A stretch of 53,905 nt of DNA from Parasitella parasitica NRRL 2501 (GCA_025201805.1 MU619361.1:3807-57711); one strand, 5' to 3'; counted from the first letter of the stretch, positions 25,740-38,790 are shown. Notes: generated from the sequence alone by a model not told the origin. A program made the numbers and translations.

Positions 25740-25939
25740 TTTTTTTTTCTTTTTTTTTTCTTGTTTTATGGCCCTAGATTCCTGGTTACGCTGCTTATAA
25801 ATTAGTCCCAATGGCATTGTCTTATTTTGGCAAAGGAAAAGATCAATCAGGTGAACAATCAGCCGAAACCAAGTCAAAGAGACAAGCTAAACTCGAAAAG
25901 AGAGCAAATAAGGGTGGACAAGTGAAATATGCCAGATAA
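25194..25939 (+). CDS. SND2: SRP-independent targeting protein Snd2 / TMEM208 (DUF788)
   Basis: ATG-only first coding exon (intron 25197-25250), MANASSKKIA, SGDDLNTEGLTAYMFDIIYVTW, KSKRQAKLEKR C-terminus. Confidence 0.9.
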
Positions 25940-25948
25940 CAAGTGGTT

Positions 25949-27142
25949 TTATTGTTGCATTGTCAATTGATTTTTCTAGACAAGGCACATGTCAGTACAA
26001 GTCCTATTGAATAAAACAGGAAACCCCCCCCCCTTACCAATGTTCTAATTTGATCTCTCGTTTGAGGTGGAAGTGCGTTGATCTGCTCGTCTGTGAGTTG
26101 TAATACCTTCATTAATAATGCCTTTTGCTGTTCTGTCTCGTCTTCGGCTGGATTGAGCATAGGAGCTGCACCACTGCCCATCATGGGCGGAGGTTGTTGT
26201 AACGCAGGAGGAGGCGCAACCGCAACGACGGGCTGTGGTTGGGCTACAACTGGAGGTACAATAGCAGCTGTCATCATACGAGTAATTATATTAGGATCGA
26301 CGATATTCATCATAACCATAGCTTGGAACAAGGCATATGCTACTTGGGGGTTCGACGTCAGAAACTCCCTCGTAAAGTCTGCTCTTTCAAATGACATTTG
26401 CTTCATTTGGCTCATCAGTGTAAACAAGTCTTGTGAGTTCATGGATGCAAGCACTTTGGAAATTTCATCTACGGATGACATGTTGACAAGAGGCACTGGT
26501 TGCTGTTGCTGTTGTTGTTGTTGTTGCTGCTGCTGCTGCTGTGGTGGTGGCGGTACCTGATGTTGCTGTGGCGGCGGTCCTTGCATTGGCACATTGTGTA
26601 GTGGTTGCTGTGGGGGTAAAGGCAGTGGTGGTGGCGGGCCATTATGGTGTCTGGGTTGGTTTTGATTTTGATTGCCACCACCGCCTTGATGACTAGGTCT
26701 GCTTTGATTATCGTCCATTGCAGCATAATCCACTCTCAATTGACGCCCTCCGATTTCGTAATCGTTCAGGTTTCTAACTGCACTGGCTGCAGTTTCGGCA
26801 TCTACTTGCGACTGAGTAAGAAGCTCTCTCTCTAAATTTGCCAATTCGCCTTACCGAGAAACTCGCAAAACCCATAGCCTTTGGGTCTGCCTGTATCACG
26901 ATCAAACAAAAGCCTATGTATTGTTCATTCTCTTGTATAAATGCGTCATAAAACCTTCCCCCCCCCCTCCCTCATACCTGAATGATGCAACAGGCCCGAC
27001 TTCCTTGAAAACCTCAATGAGTTGTTCTTCTGAAAGTTCAAAGGGAATGTTGCCGACTGCAATGTGTGTCAGTATTCGCCATGTCATTTGGCTGATTCAA
27101 CTTACCAAATACAACGCGTGAGCCTCTTGAAGCTTGATTCAT
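25949..27142 (-). CDS. RNA15: Cleavage/polyadenylation factor Rna15 / CstF-64
   Basis: RRM VVF.GNIPF, DRDTGRPKGYGFCEF, SAVRNLN; hinge NPQVAYALFQA; C-terminal VLQLTDEQINALPP; last exon KNQLTMQQ*. Confidence 0.92.
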
Positions 27143-27370
27143 TATGCTGTGTGTGTGTGTGTGCTAGTAAAAGTACAGCGAAGAAAAGAATGGTTTTTTC
27201 GATAAACAGGATGCAAATTTTTTAAATCCAACTTGATGTCCATACTCGTCCATTGGACTGCTTCGTTGCATGTAGATGATTAGGATACAAACAAATCCCA
27301 CCCAACCCAACCCAACCCCCTCCTCCTCCCTCACGTTTCAAGTCGTATGTTTTTCCGCTGCCAACAAAAA

Positions 27371-29279
27371 ATGCCATCCAAAAGGAGCAAGAGTAGCGAA
27401 TGCATTGCATTGGTAAAAAGGGGGATGAATCACTCGTTTGAGCAAACTATGGAGCAGAAAATGGAATGCTCTTTGGAGCGAAATTCGTTTGATTTAGCCA
27501 TATATGACTTTAAAATTAGACACGAACCCTGTCAAGCCGCTCACATGGCAACCGCAAAAAGCGAAATCATGTCAGATATTAGCGACTTTGAGGGAGATAT
27601 CTAGGCTGAGCTGAGCGTGGAGGACACCAAGACGCGGGAAGAAATCCCATTGCTAGCATTTGCTCCTGTTATAAAGCGAGAAGATCAAAAGTCAAGTCCA
27701 TACGCTGACAGAGAGGATTGTCATGCAGATAACACGATGCTTGAATTTAAGCTGGAGAATCGAAAACCATTAGGTATGAACACTAAAGATGCGTGAGCGC
27801 GCGTAGTCTAGTATACTAAACGGCGCACACAGCTATGATGTTCAAGAAAAGTGGCCGCGAATACTTTTACCAATGCCATCTATGCACAGAGTTGAAAACT
27901 AGCTTGATAGAGCTGCTGGATCACCACAGATGTGACCATGCATACACCAACGTAAGCAGAACGTACAAGCACCTAGAATTGGAGCCTGACCTCAACGACC
28001 CCAATCGCTACTGCAGGTGTGCGAGACAACATACCCCACGCCTTTACTGTTCAAAAAGCATCTGCGAATCGTCCATTTTATCGTTGGCAAGACGGCCCGC
28101 ACACTTACCACCACGCCAGTACGGTCTATAGTGAGAGAGACAAGAGGCCCTTCCCGACCCGCAGGACCCCAACGATTTCTGCCGTGTGTGCAATAAATCC
28201 TACTTGAACAGGCAGCAATATTTCAACCATTTATTCAAATTCCATGGCATGAGGGTTTCTACAAAGATTAGACAATTGGACGTGCTTCCAGATTTGTTTG
28301 ATGCTGGCTTTGACTGTAGAGCTTGCGAACGCAAATTGGCTTCAAAATACTCTTACGCCAAGCACTGCAAAAAGATCCACAAAATGGATGTCTCTCAGCT
28401 TTTGTACGGCCCCAATAGTCTCTACAAAACTTGTGGCGAGCTGTTTCAGGATAAAACTGCTCTCTAGGACCATTGCCGCAAGAAACACAGGAGCAATCCT
28501 GATTCCCCTAATGCCCCTATTTGCCACAAATGTCATAGATCGTATGCCAACGACAAAAACCTGATAAGGCATGTGCGCTTGGTCCATGGAATAGTTGACT
28601 TGCCGCGTCGAAAAGCGAGCTCGAACAGCGTAATGCCTGATGTCGACGACCCCAACTTCTACTGCCGCGTCTGCGATAAGACATTAGCTACGAAAATTAC
28701 ATTCACATCGCACCTGGATCTTATTCATGGCATCTTCACCCCGAAAAATACGACCCTCGTCCCCGCAGGAAGGCTTCAATGTAAGCCATGTCACCAGTCG
28801 TTTACCTCTAAATACAGTTATCATCGGCATCTTTGCTCTGCACACAATGTAACAATATTTCACGATCCTGACTCCTTGCCTGACCCCAAAGATCCGGATT
28901 TCTTTTGTCGCACGTGTGGCAAAGTAAAAGCGTCGCTGGTTCGCTTTCGCACACACTGCAAAACATTCATCAGATGAAATTGCCACGCATTGTGAAAGCC
29001 AAGAAGCGACCTGCACCCAAGTTTTCAGAATTCGACTGCACTGTATGCAGGAAAAAGCTGGCCACTAAAGCAAAAAACCTGTTCTACATGAGAACTGTGC
29101 ACAAGGTCAAACGCGCTATACAAGATCAAAAACCCCCAAACATAAAAGGCGCACCTGGCAATAATGAGTTCTTTTGTGCAGAGTGTGATTTGCAGCTCAT
29201 GACAAGCAATTACTTTAATTACCATCTAACAACTGTACATAGTGCTGAACCCCTCCTCAATACCCAAAGAAAAGGTTTG

Positions 29280-29290
<11 letters not shown>
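27371..29290 (+). pseudogene. Disabled paralog of the PDxxDPNFYC zinc-finger array gene
   Basis: In-frame TAG at 27602 and 28465, frameshifts near 28020, 28140 and 28965; fingers EPDLNDPNRYC, PDPQDPNDFC, PDVDDPNFYC, PDPKDPDFFC; phase-1 intron 27774-27832. Confidence 0.85.
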
Positions 29291-29312
<22 letters not shown>

Positions 29313-29826
29313 NNNNNNNNNNGATGTACTCCACAAAAAAAGAAAGAATTCATTTCATCTAAAGAAGCATATTCATCATCGGAAATCCTCTGCGTGATCA
29401 TTAGGTAGGCATTAAGCTTTCAAGTTCATCTTTCAGCATAATGTAGTGATCTGTAATCAGACATTACAAAAGCAGTAGACAGTCTGCGCATATCAAGAAT
29501 TCTGTCAATCTCCCAAGTACATTATGTCTATCCAATAAATATGTATTCCTAATCCCCCCTCCCCTTCAACCAACCAACCAACCAATATCTTTAATCCCTT
29601 AAACGTGAGCTTAGAGCCCCAGCAAACTAAAATACACGCGCACTTTTATTTGTTTTTGTCGCAATGCGATACTCGATGATTCACTCAATCGATGACGATG
29701 TTTTGTTTTGCATATTCAACATTCTTTACTATATCACTTTAATTGCAATTGTTATTCAAACTATTTAAAGCAGAGGCAAAGCAGGGAAAAATGAGCATTT
29801 CTTTTTCATTCATCCAACTATACACT

Positions 29827-31398
29827 ATGCACTATATGAAATCGGTTTTTATTCAAAAGAACCGTAGAAAAGTGATTGCAGCCCTCATAAGCAGCGTTAT
29901 CTTTGCATTTATATGTCGCCATGTATACTTGTCAAACTCGACAAACACTACTATAGAGGATCTTGATCTGCTAGGCACATTCTGCAGCCAACATGAGAGT
30001 TGGCCTATTCCGCTGGATCCAAGAAAGCGGCCTCGGTGGATATCCGATCACAATGCAAGTGCCGATTTGTTGATGACAGAGAAAGACAGGGCCAAGCATT
30101 TATTCAGAGATGCAATTCAACCAGACATATATATGGATGAGGATGTATGGAACGGACTGCCAGTGAAGGGGGCATTCTATATGATTGTCAAGAATGAGGA
30201 ACTCCAGCTAGCAAGATCCAGCATGCGCAGCGTAGAAGATAGATTCAACTCCCACAATATAAGCTATCCTTGGATTTTCTTGAACAGTCAACGCTTTACG
30301 GCTGATTTCAAAAAGTACATTCGTAAGGTGGCTAGTGGGAAGGTGTACTTTGGCCAAATTGATCTGGAGGCATGGACATACCCGGAATGGATTGATGCAA
30401 AGAGAACAGAAAATGCAATTCGACGAATGATTTACTTGGGTGTCAAAAAATCGCACAGTCTTTACCAACGACAGGAAATGAGGTATTTGAAGGGCTATAA
30501 TCGTAGTGGGGGGGGCCTTGTTGACCATCTGATAGATATAAAGCTGGTCTATTTCAGCATCATTCTTTATTTAATACGGTCGATTATGTTTGGCGTGTAG
30601 AGCCTGGATCCGAATATACCTGCAACATGTTTCACGATAACGATCCATTCCAAACGATGAAAATAAATAACAAAAAGATAGGTAAACTAATTCAATTGAT
30701 TCATACTGTATTTTGGCAAGATATCAACTCTTAAATTCGCCGTGTAGGCTTTGCTATCACTACCAAAGAAGATTCAGCTACAAGCTTCAGTTTATGGCCT
30801 GCAACGTTACAATTCATGAGACAGAATCCGCAAATGATAACACAGGCAGACTCTAGCATTATGCCTTGGTTAATGACAAAAGAATTGGAGTATAATTTCT
30901 GTCACATGTGGTCAGATTTTGAAATCGTGGACTTGGCATTTTTAAGATCAGAAGAGTATCAATCATTTTTTCATTACCTTGATCTTGTGGGCGGGTTCTT
31001 CTACGAAAGGTACTATACTATAACTTTTTAGCAGCGGCCTTTATTGATTGCTTAAATTCATACACGTAGATGGGGTGATGGACCGGTCAGATCTATTGCT
31101 GCTGCTATGTTCTTGAAGAAACAAGATATCCAATTTTTTAATGAGATTGGCTATAGTCATTCATCTATGAATCACTGCCCTTTTAACAAATCCCTGCTGG
31201 ATAAATGCTCTTGCGATTATAAAGACAATCATAGTAAATTTAAAGCATCTAGATTATTTAATGTCTACTGACAATTTGTTTGTATTTGTAGATTTCAAGG
31301 CCCAAAGTTGTACGATTGATCTCCTGAAGCAAATTGCGCCCCAGACCATAGACGACATGGTTGAGTTTGCCAAATCAAAAATGGGAGCACCCTTTTAA
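29827..31398 (+). CDS. KRE2/MNT1 (KTR, GT15) family mannosyltransferase-like type II membrane protein
   Basis: N-terminal TM; SMRSVEDRFN..YPWIFLN, YPEWID, WRVEP, YNFCHMWSDFEI, GGFFYERWGD, IGYSH. Confidence 0.9.
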
Positions 31399-31650
31399 AT
31401 AGATACTTTCATCAGAGAAAAGAGTCCATATCTCTTGCATATTTCTTAGCATACCAAATCAATAAGCGGCATAAATCGCCTCGCCAGAAAATCAATCTAC
31501 AACGTGTCAAATAAAAAGATGTTTGTTGTATTAAAATATATGTAAAAAATAGGCCCTCGCCTATAAAAAAAAAAAAAAAAAAAAAAAAATGAATATCAAA
31601 CATCATGTTGTTTTCTGCCTCTTTTTTTCTAGTTGCAAGTAATGATTAGT

Positions 31651-34540
31651 ATGGCCTCTGCAAATTCTTTGTTCAGTTCACCTACTGTATGCACAAAACT
31701 AGATTTATCAGATAGTGCTTCGTAGTAAGTTTGATTTTGGTTTAGGTTGTCTCCCATCTTTAACAAGCATAATTTTTGCAGTCTCCCATCCAATTTATTT
31801 CAGCAAAGAAGCTCGTTTTTTAATCGCAAGACAAGTACGCCTGGAGTGCAACAACTATTGTTGAGGAGAAATCAATTGAATTCTCTGCAAAAATACGCCA
31901 AAGCATTGATTCAATTGAAAGAGCATTTGACTGAATTGTCACTGCGAGAGAACAATTTCAGCCAATTTCCATTTGAAATACTGATATTGAAGAATTTGAC
32001 ATCTCTATCTCTGGCCAACAACCAGCTTGAGGTGATCAATAAAGATGTGCTATCGCAGCTACCTAATCTGCAGTGGCTCAATCTTGCTCACAATAGGTTA
32101 ACACAGCTGCCTGTAGACATTGTGTGCTGCCATTATTTACGAGGATTAGATCTGGAAAACAACAATTTCTCAAGTAAGTGCTTGAATGTGTAGTAACGAC
32201 TTTGTGCTGATGCGCGTGTTCTCAAATAGCTTTTCCTAATGTCATATTCTATTTAACTCGTCTCGAGATCTTGATGCTTCAAAAAAACAAAATCAAAGTA
32301 ATTCCTCCAAACTACAACTTTCCATCATCTATACATACACTTAATCTGGCATTTAATGCACTGAGTCAAGTTCCTTCTACCTTAATAAACCAACCACCAG
32401 AGGCGCTTACACATCTACACTTATCTGGCAACAGGCTTGGTCAATTGCCTTCGAAGTTCTTGTCTTGTGGCTACACAAAACTTGTCAGTTTGGACCTCCA
32501 CACATGTCATTTGACGAGGATTCCAAACAAGCTATTCGAGCATCTTTCCAAATGCAAAGATCTGCGAAGGCTCAACTTGGCGATCAACCGTCTCACCTAT
32601 GTTCCAACTGAGATTGGCCTCCTCTCACAACTGCAGTGGCTCAATCTGAACGATAATCGCATAACACATCTACCAGACTCCATATCATCATTAACGCACC
32701 TTGTTAAATTAGGATTGGTGCAAAACCAACTAAAAACACTGCCTGCGTTCATGTTTTTACACATGTTAGAGCTTCAGAAACTGGACATTAGAAGAAATCA
32801 GTTGAAATATATGCCTCCCTCCATCTTGGCATTGGCTCCAAGACAAGAGGTGGATATCCACGTTGACCTTGCTGTGCCGCATTCGGTTTTCAGTACACTG
32901 TCCAATCCTCCCTGTCACAATAACAATAATAACAGCGTGGATTGCCATCCCTATGGCGGATCATTGCGAACCTTGTTGTGTTATGAAAATCCAACAATTG
33001 AGCACGCTGACGGCATTCTCTGCGAACTGGACGATGACGACGACGATGGCGGCGATGATAGGGAGCAAGTTCAAGCCCTGCCGCTTACCAGTGCCTATAA
33101 TATGCTGCAGTCGACTCAAAATAACGTCAAAATAATGCTGCGCGAAGCTTTGTATAGTAAAAAGAATGTCTTGTTCTGCAGTAATGCCAAGTTCAAGAGA
33201 TCAGATCATCCAGCGCCCAATTTACTTTCGGAAATCGATGACGAAGAAAACACAGTTAGCAGTGACGAAGACTACGAGAATGAAGAGAAGGAAGCGATTC
33301 GAAAAGAGACACAACGCATTCTGACACAGGTATCCACATTGAGGGAGATTTGTCTCAGACACCACCTCACAAACTCACAGACGTATCTTCGCACAGATAC
33401 GCGATTAGATCAAGATGCCGAGAAAACATATGATTTTATAGACAGTGCATTACATACGACAATTATTCCTACTTACATCAATCAATATACGCAAGAGCAA
33501 GCACGACAATGCGATTATTGTCAATCTTGGTATACACAATCTGCATGTCAAATAGGGTATTTGGCTCGACTGTGCAATAATCGACTCCAAATCCCAGTCC
33601 GTTTTCGCATTTGTTCTGTTGATTGCGCTCTAGATGCTGTTATCAAGTTGTATCAAACAACCATCGACTGGCATACAAGACAATCATTGGCTCACATCGA
33701 CGCCACATTGCTGCTATCCTCTGTTAATCAAACGTCGATACCAGCATCACCATCACAACTCTCAGCAACCACAGTCAATTCGGCGACAAATGGGCCTCTT
33801 ACCGGCCCTTTATCAGTTATTACCAACTATTGGGATGTAGGCTTGGCTAACAACAGCACAAGATATACTTTCACTCGAACAAATGGAGCTTTGGGTACGA
33901 TTCAGCACGAAAATGACGCATCCAATGACGAGGAACAGCATTTGCCCGTATTGCAAAGGCCAAGATCAGCGTCTTCTTCATCTTCCACAACTGCTACAAC
34001 AACATCAGATTCAGCAAACGGCGAGAATCATTCAAGTAATCATATAAACTTTTGAATTTAAGCTGTCCGTATGCTAAAGACCATTTTAAAATATTAGTGA
34101 TCGGGCAATCATCTCTTGCAAGAATGATCAGGAATCGAGTAACTCAATTTGCATCAAACTTTTTCCCAAGTAGCTCGAATAGTCAAGCTGGAAATTTCAA
34201 TGCGGGTCAAAATAGTAGAAGCAGTAGCAGCAATAGCAGTAGCAACAGCAGCATCGTCATCAACCCTAGCAATAGCAGTGCTCAACAAGCTTCATCACTT
34301 TCATCATTTTCGCCTTTGGTATTTCCTAATCTCAGTTTAGGCGTTACATCTGCTACATCAACAGCTAGAGCCTTTATTGGGCGAGAGCCTCCATCTATCA
34401 TGTCAATCACAACTCGATTAGTGGAAGGTAGACTTCAAACCGAACGTACACAACCACAATTACGCCTGTCAACGCCGACTCCTAATCCTACTGCATTTAA
34501 TCATCTGCCCAGAGACGCTATTCGTTTAGAAAAATTTTAA
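31651..34540 (+). CDS. Leucine-rich-repeat protein with C-terminal Cys cluster (4 exons)
   Basis: About 12 LxxLxLxxNxL repeats; introns 31725-31781, ~32174-32230 and 34035-34098 keep the frame. Confidence 0.85.
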
Positions 34541-35030
34541 TCTCTTGTTGTTTTTTTATTAAATGCAATAGCAAGTAAATCCCTCACATTGGTTGTCATA
34601 AAGACTGCATATTTCGTATTGTTTGACAACCAGGAACAGAAATCCAAGTTGCATAGCAACGGGATGACTAGCGAAACTTACCGTATATGCTTTGAAGCAC
34701 CTTAATACAAGTTATGATCTTATATGCATAATCTATCGTGAGCTGCCATGGTTCTATACTAAAATTCGAGATGTGGCAGACAATGATCACAGGAAGCAAA
34801 ACAAACGAACGTCATCTGCAATTAAATAGCCGCGATGTGTGTGTATGAGGCTCCTCTCTTCATTCATTTGTTATTTTTGTGTTTTAAAACTCTTTCACGT
34901 ATTTACTTTCCCCTTTTTTTCTCTCTCTCTCTTCAAGCAAAAGAAATATCTTGTAAGTAAACAGAAAAAAAGAGTTCAATTTTGTTTGGGACAAATTTTA
35001 ATTTGACTTTCCCTCCCCCCCTAGTATAAA

Positions 35031-36055
35031 ATGTCCACAGCTAGACCTCTTAACGATGATGAAGTCTTTAACGAGATGAAAAAGATGGTATATGATTTAA
35101 CTTTTCGAGAAATCATAAATGCTGATTTTGGGTAATTTTTTTTTCAGGTTGCTTTTATCAAGCAAGAAGCTTTAGAAAAAGCCAGAGAAATTAAAGTCAA
35201 GGTAAGTTGTTGATGTTTATTGTGGATTAGTTTCAAGAAAAATTAAATTCATACATCAACAGGCTGATGAAGAGTTCAACATTGAAAAGGTAACTCTTTT
35301 AATCTCGTATATACGCGCCTAGCTTTATTGACTTTCTTTATCTTTTATAGGCAAAGATTGTCCGTCAAGAGTCATTAAATATCGAGGCCGTTTTTGAACG
35401 CAAGATTAAGCAAGCTGAGGTTCAGAAGAGAATGTAAGAGAAAATATTATGAAACATCAAATCTCTCCCTTACAAAGTACGATATTGAAACACGTTACCA
35501 TTTTTTCTTTTTCTTTTCTTGTAGTGCCCAGTCAAACCATATCAACAAAGCTCGTCTTAGAATCCTTCAAGAACGTCAACAAGTTCTTGATGAACTCTTC
35601 CAAGATACAGATAATCTCATTCATGAAATCTCAAAGGACGGAGATAGATATGCTACTTTAATGGAAGGCCTTATCCTTCAAGTGGCTTATGCTCTTATGG
35701 AAGATGACGTTCTTATCAAATGTCGTGAAGAAGATATTGATCAAGTAAACTCTGCCATAGAGCGTGCTGCTGGAAAATACGAGGAGAGCATGAAGACCAA
35801 GCCTTCTTTCAAGATTAGCGATGAATATCTCCCCGCATCAAGGTTAGAGAGATTCAATTGTTACAAGATGTGTTTGTATGTGTGTTAACATTTCATAATT
35901 GCAGTGCTGGTGGCGTTATTATGACCGGCCTTAATGGTAAGATTACTGTTGATAATACTCTTGGAGCTCGTTTAGAAATTGTCAAGGAAGATATGTTACC
36001 TCAAATTCGTGTTGCTTTGTTCGATCACTCTCCCAACAGAACTTTCTTCAATTAA
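35031..36055 (+). CDS. VMA4: V-type ATPase V1 subunit E
   Basis: [53 protein letters not shown]; six introns plus a likely 5'UTR intron 34953-35024. Confidence 0.96.
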
Positions 36056-36389
36056 ATATCATGTTTTTTTTTTTCATTTCGAATTTTCCTCTCTCAATTT
36101 CTTTTTTACCCCCCCCCCCACCTCCACAAAAAGAAGCAAGTATTTTGATAAGATGAATAAAGCATGCTACGCGTTTTTTTTTTGTTTATAATCTTTCCAA
36201 ACACACAATATAGCTTTTTGGTCAGTTTTTGAACATCAGCTTTGATGCAGGCACATTTCATGGTAAGATTAAGTCTGGTTTTGACCACATAAAAAGACAA
36301 AACTGTTTAGTGTATATCACGTGTTTTTGCTAATTTTATATTTATTAATCAGATATAATAAATCTTAGCATGTTCTAAAATATATGAAA

Positions 36390-36461
36390 TCTTCGGTAGT
36401 ATAGTGGTAAGTATCCCCGCCTGTCACGCGGGAGACCGGGGTTCAATTCCCCGCCGGAGAG
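36390..36461 (+). tRNA. tRNA-Asp(GTC)
   Basis: TCTTCGG/CCGGAGA acceptor stem, D arm AGTATAGTGGTAAGTAT, CCCGC-CTGTCAC-GCGGG anticodon arm, GTTCAATTCC T loop, downstream T6 Pol III terminator. Confidence 0.97.
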
Positions 36462-37014
36462 ATTTTTTGTTTTTTGTGGTGCCGATAGTCAATTGATGTA
36501 GTGAAAAAGCTTTAGATAAAAAAAAAGTCCTTAATGAAAGGTGTTAAGTTCTCATGCAAGTAAAGGAATAAGCGTTTTGACTAGAGTTTAGTTTAAAAGA
36601 AGTAATTAGATTTGGAGGGAACGGTACTCTGGACTGTTTCAAGATGACTTGAGTACTGTAATAATGCATTTGGTTTTAGAGCAGCTATTTTAAAAAACCT
36701 CATTACGCTTGTATCGTTAGACTTTGAGTTGGTACAAAAAATTTTGTTACTTTCTCAACGGCAACTAATGTGAAGGGGACCAAAAGGTATGTTAGAGGCA
36801 TAAAATGCTGTTATAAACTTTGATTCAAGAATTTGCTTCACCACTAGGAAACTATCGCAAGCTCCATTTTTTTGATGAAATGTTTACAAAACCATCCGTT
36901 ACTGTAGCAGTGTTTAAATAATCATGCTGTATAACACAAGTATATGCTTTAGTACTATTTACAAACAAGTATACTTTTATCAAGTTGATAGTTATTGAAC
37001 AATAACGTAAATTT

Positions 37015-37696
37015 CTAATCAAGATCCATTAGATCATATTCTTCGTCATTCTCCTCGCTTGTTACGCTATCGTTATCATCCATTCGTTGGTATTTCAATT
37101 GTTCTTTGTCATTGTAAGCAAGCATTCGATTCTTTTCATATAGAATTAGTTGGCCAGATGAAGGTCTTCATCATGAAAAAAAAAAAAAAAAGTGTTAAAA
37201 CTAATTCATGCAACGGAGAAAGTACTCACTGCAAGGGTTTGTTATTGGTATCAGACAACACAAATTCCGGTATAGAGTATTTTGTTTCACCAGACTTTTT
37301 TTCCATAGGTAACAAGGTTCCATTAACATCCATCAGAAAAACTCGATTATAGCTAGATGCTTTATCGTCGATCTGTGCTTGATAATTTGATTCTGCGTCC
37401 TCTTCTTCTGCTGATACTGCCACATTCCCCCCTACTGAACCTTGTAAATTAGGAGGAAAAGATCTATTGCAATCTATTTTTATTCAAAATGGCAATTAGT
37501 CTTCAGCTTTCTATGCAGAGGACCAATAATTACTATCATCATTGATTGAAGTAGCAGAAGGTATCAAATTTGGTATTGTCGAGATCAGCCTCTTTTTGAG
37601 GTAATGGGATTCGAAATTGTCATCAATCGATGCTCTTGACCTTTTTTTGTTGCTATTTACAAAGTTTATAGGCTTCAACGTTGGTGATACTTGCAT
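37015..37696 (-). CDS. Small uncharacterised 3-exon protein ending ...MDLD
   Basis: ORFs 37511-37774 and 37226-37423 plus a last exon join in frame via introns ~37533-37474 and ~37229-37165; KKRSR N-terminus, IPEFVL, GQLILY, acidic tail. Confidence 0.6.
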
Positions 37697-38399
37697 TCTG
37701 TACGATGTATGCGGTATCAGTTTTAGAGAGTTGAAGAAGTGAACCAGTATGTCCTTTTTATAGTTGTAAATCAAATTGGAGTTTGAATAAAGTTCTGGCA
37801 GTTTCCTATCGGGATCACCCTTTTAGCTGAGGGAACAAGGGGGGAAATTACGAACCGGATTCCTCCTTTTTAAAGATGCTTATCAACTTTAAGCATCATA
37901 TTATTCATTGTGAATTAACGATAAACAGGAAGCTAACATCAAACAGCCTGCATAAAAATCTAAATCTTGAAGCGACCCAAATTCTGTCATTTATATATTT
38001 CTCAAATGTATATAAACCGTTTCAGATCTAGTGACCTAAATGCTACAGCTTCAATAAAATGGAACGCCGAGTAATTGCGAAATAAATCGTATTGTATTGG
38101 GTGAAGTAGACAACCACAACAATTTCCATAGCCGTACTCAGCCAGAAGTTCTGAGAAATAGTGATGAATAAATGAGCGTTTTGTATTATTCCTGCGGTAC
38201 ACATATGAAGATGTCAGAAAGAAAAATTAGCTCCAGTATGTCACACCCAGATTTAAATATGATGTGTAACAGGACAAGCTATATTTGAATATTTAAACCC
38301 ACTTCCTCAAGCAATTGTGGACTTGATCAAAGACAATAACACTCAGAGCAAAGAATTGAAACAAAAGATACAAACATACCATTCTGCATCGAATTTTGC

Positions 38400-38790
38400 T
38401 AATTTAGATTAACGATATTTCCAACAATTAACATGGTGCGTATACTTGAGGTCAACAACATTAAACAACAGGAAATTTGTTGAGGATGAGATACAGAGTA
38501 GGATGGACATTATTAAAGGCCGTGATGCTAGCGATAATACGTTATTCTCTTTGAAAGACATGGTGCATTCTATCAATCTATTTGTTGAGTTGCTCAAAAT
38601 GAAAAATCACCAACCGAAATGTTTGATCCTTTATCCTTGATTACAGGGGGGCCGAGAAGGTGAAGGATAATGCAATGCCCATTATATCAGACATGCCTAT
38701 ATACCTTGGAGTACTCATTTCTCAAATCAAGCAAATAGCAACACTAGATCTCAAGCATCAACTGCAGCAATCAGCATATTGGTCGTTAAT
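38400..38790 (+). mobile_element. Possible highly decayed non-LTR reverse-transcriptase relic
   Basis: ASDNTLF (YADD-like), MKNHQPKC (KINxxKC-like) and IYLGVL in the expected order, with stops and frameshifts. Confidence 0.2.

Noticed and set aside
26078-26560. 160-aa antisense ORF with poly-Cys (and similar antisense ORFs over other genes)
   Set aside because: Shadow of the polyQ/Pro codons of RNA15; no independent coding signal
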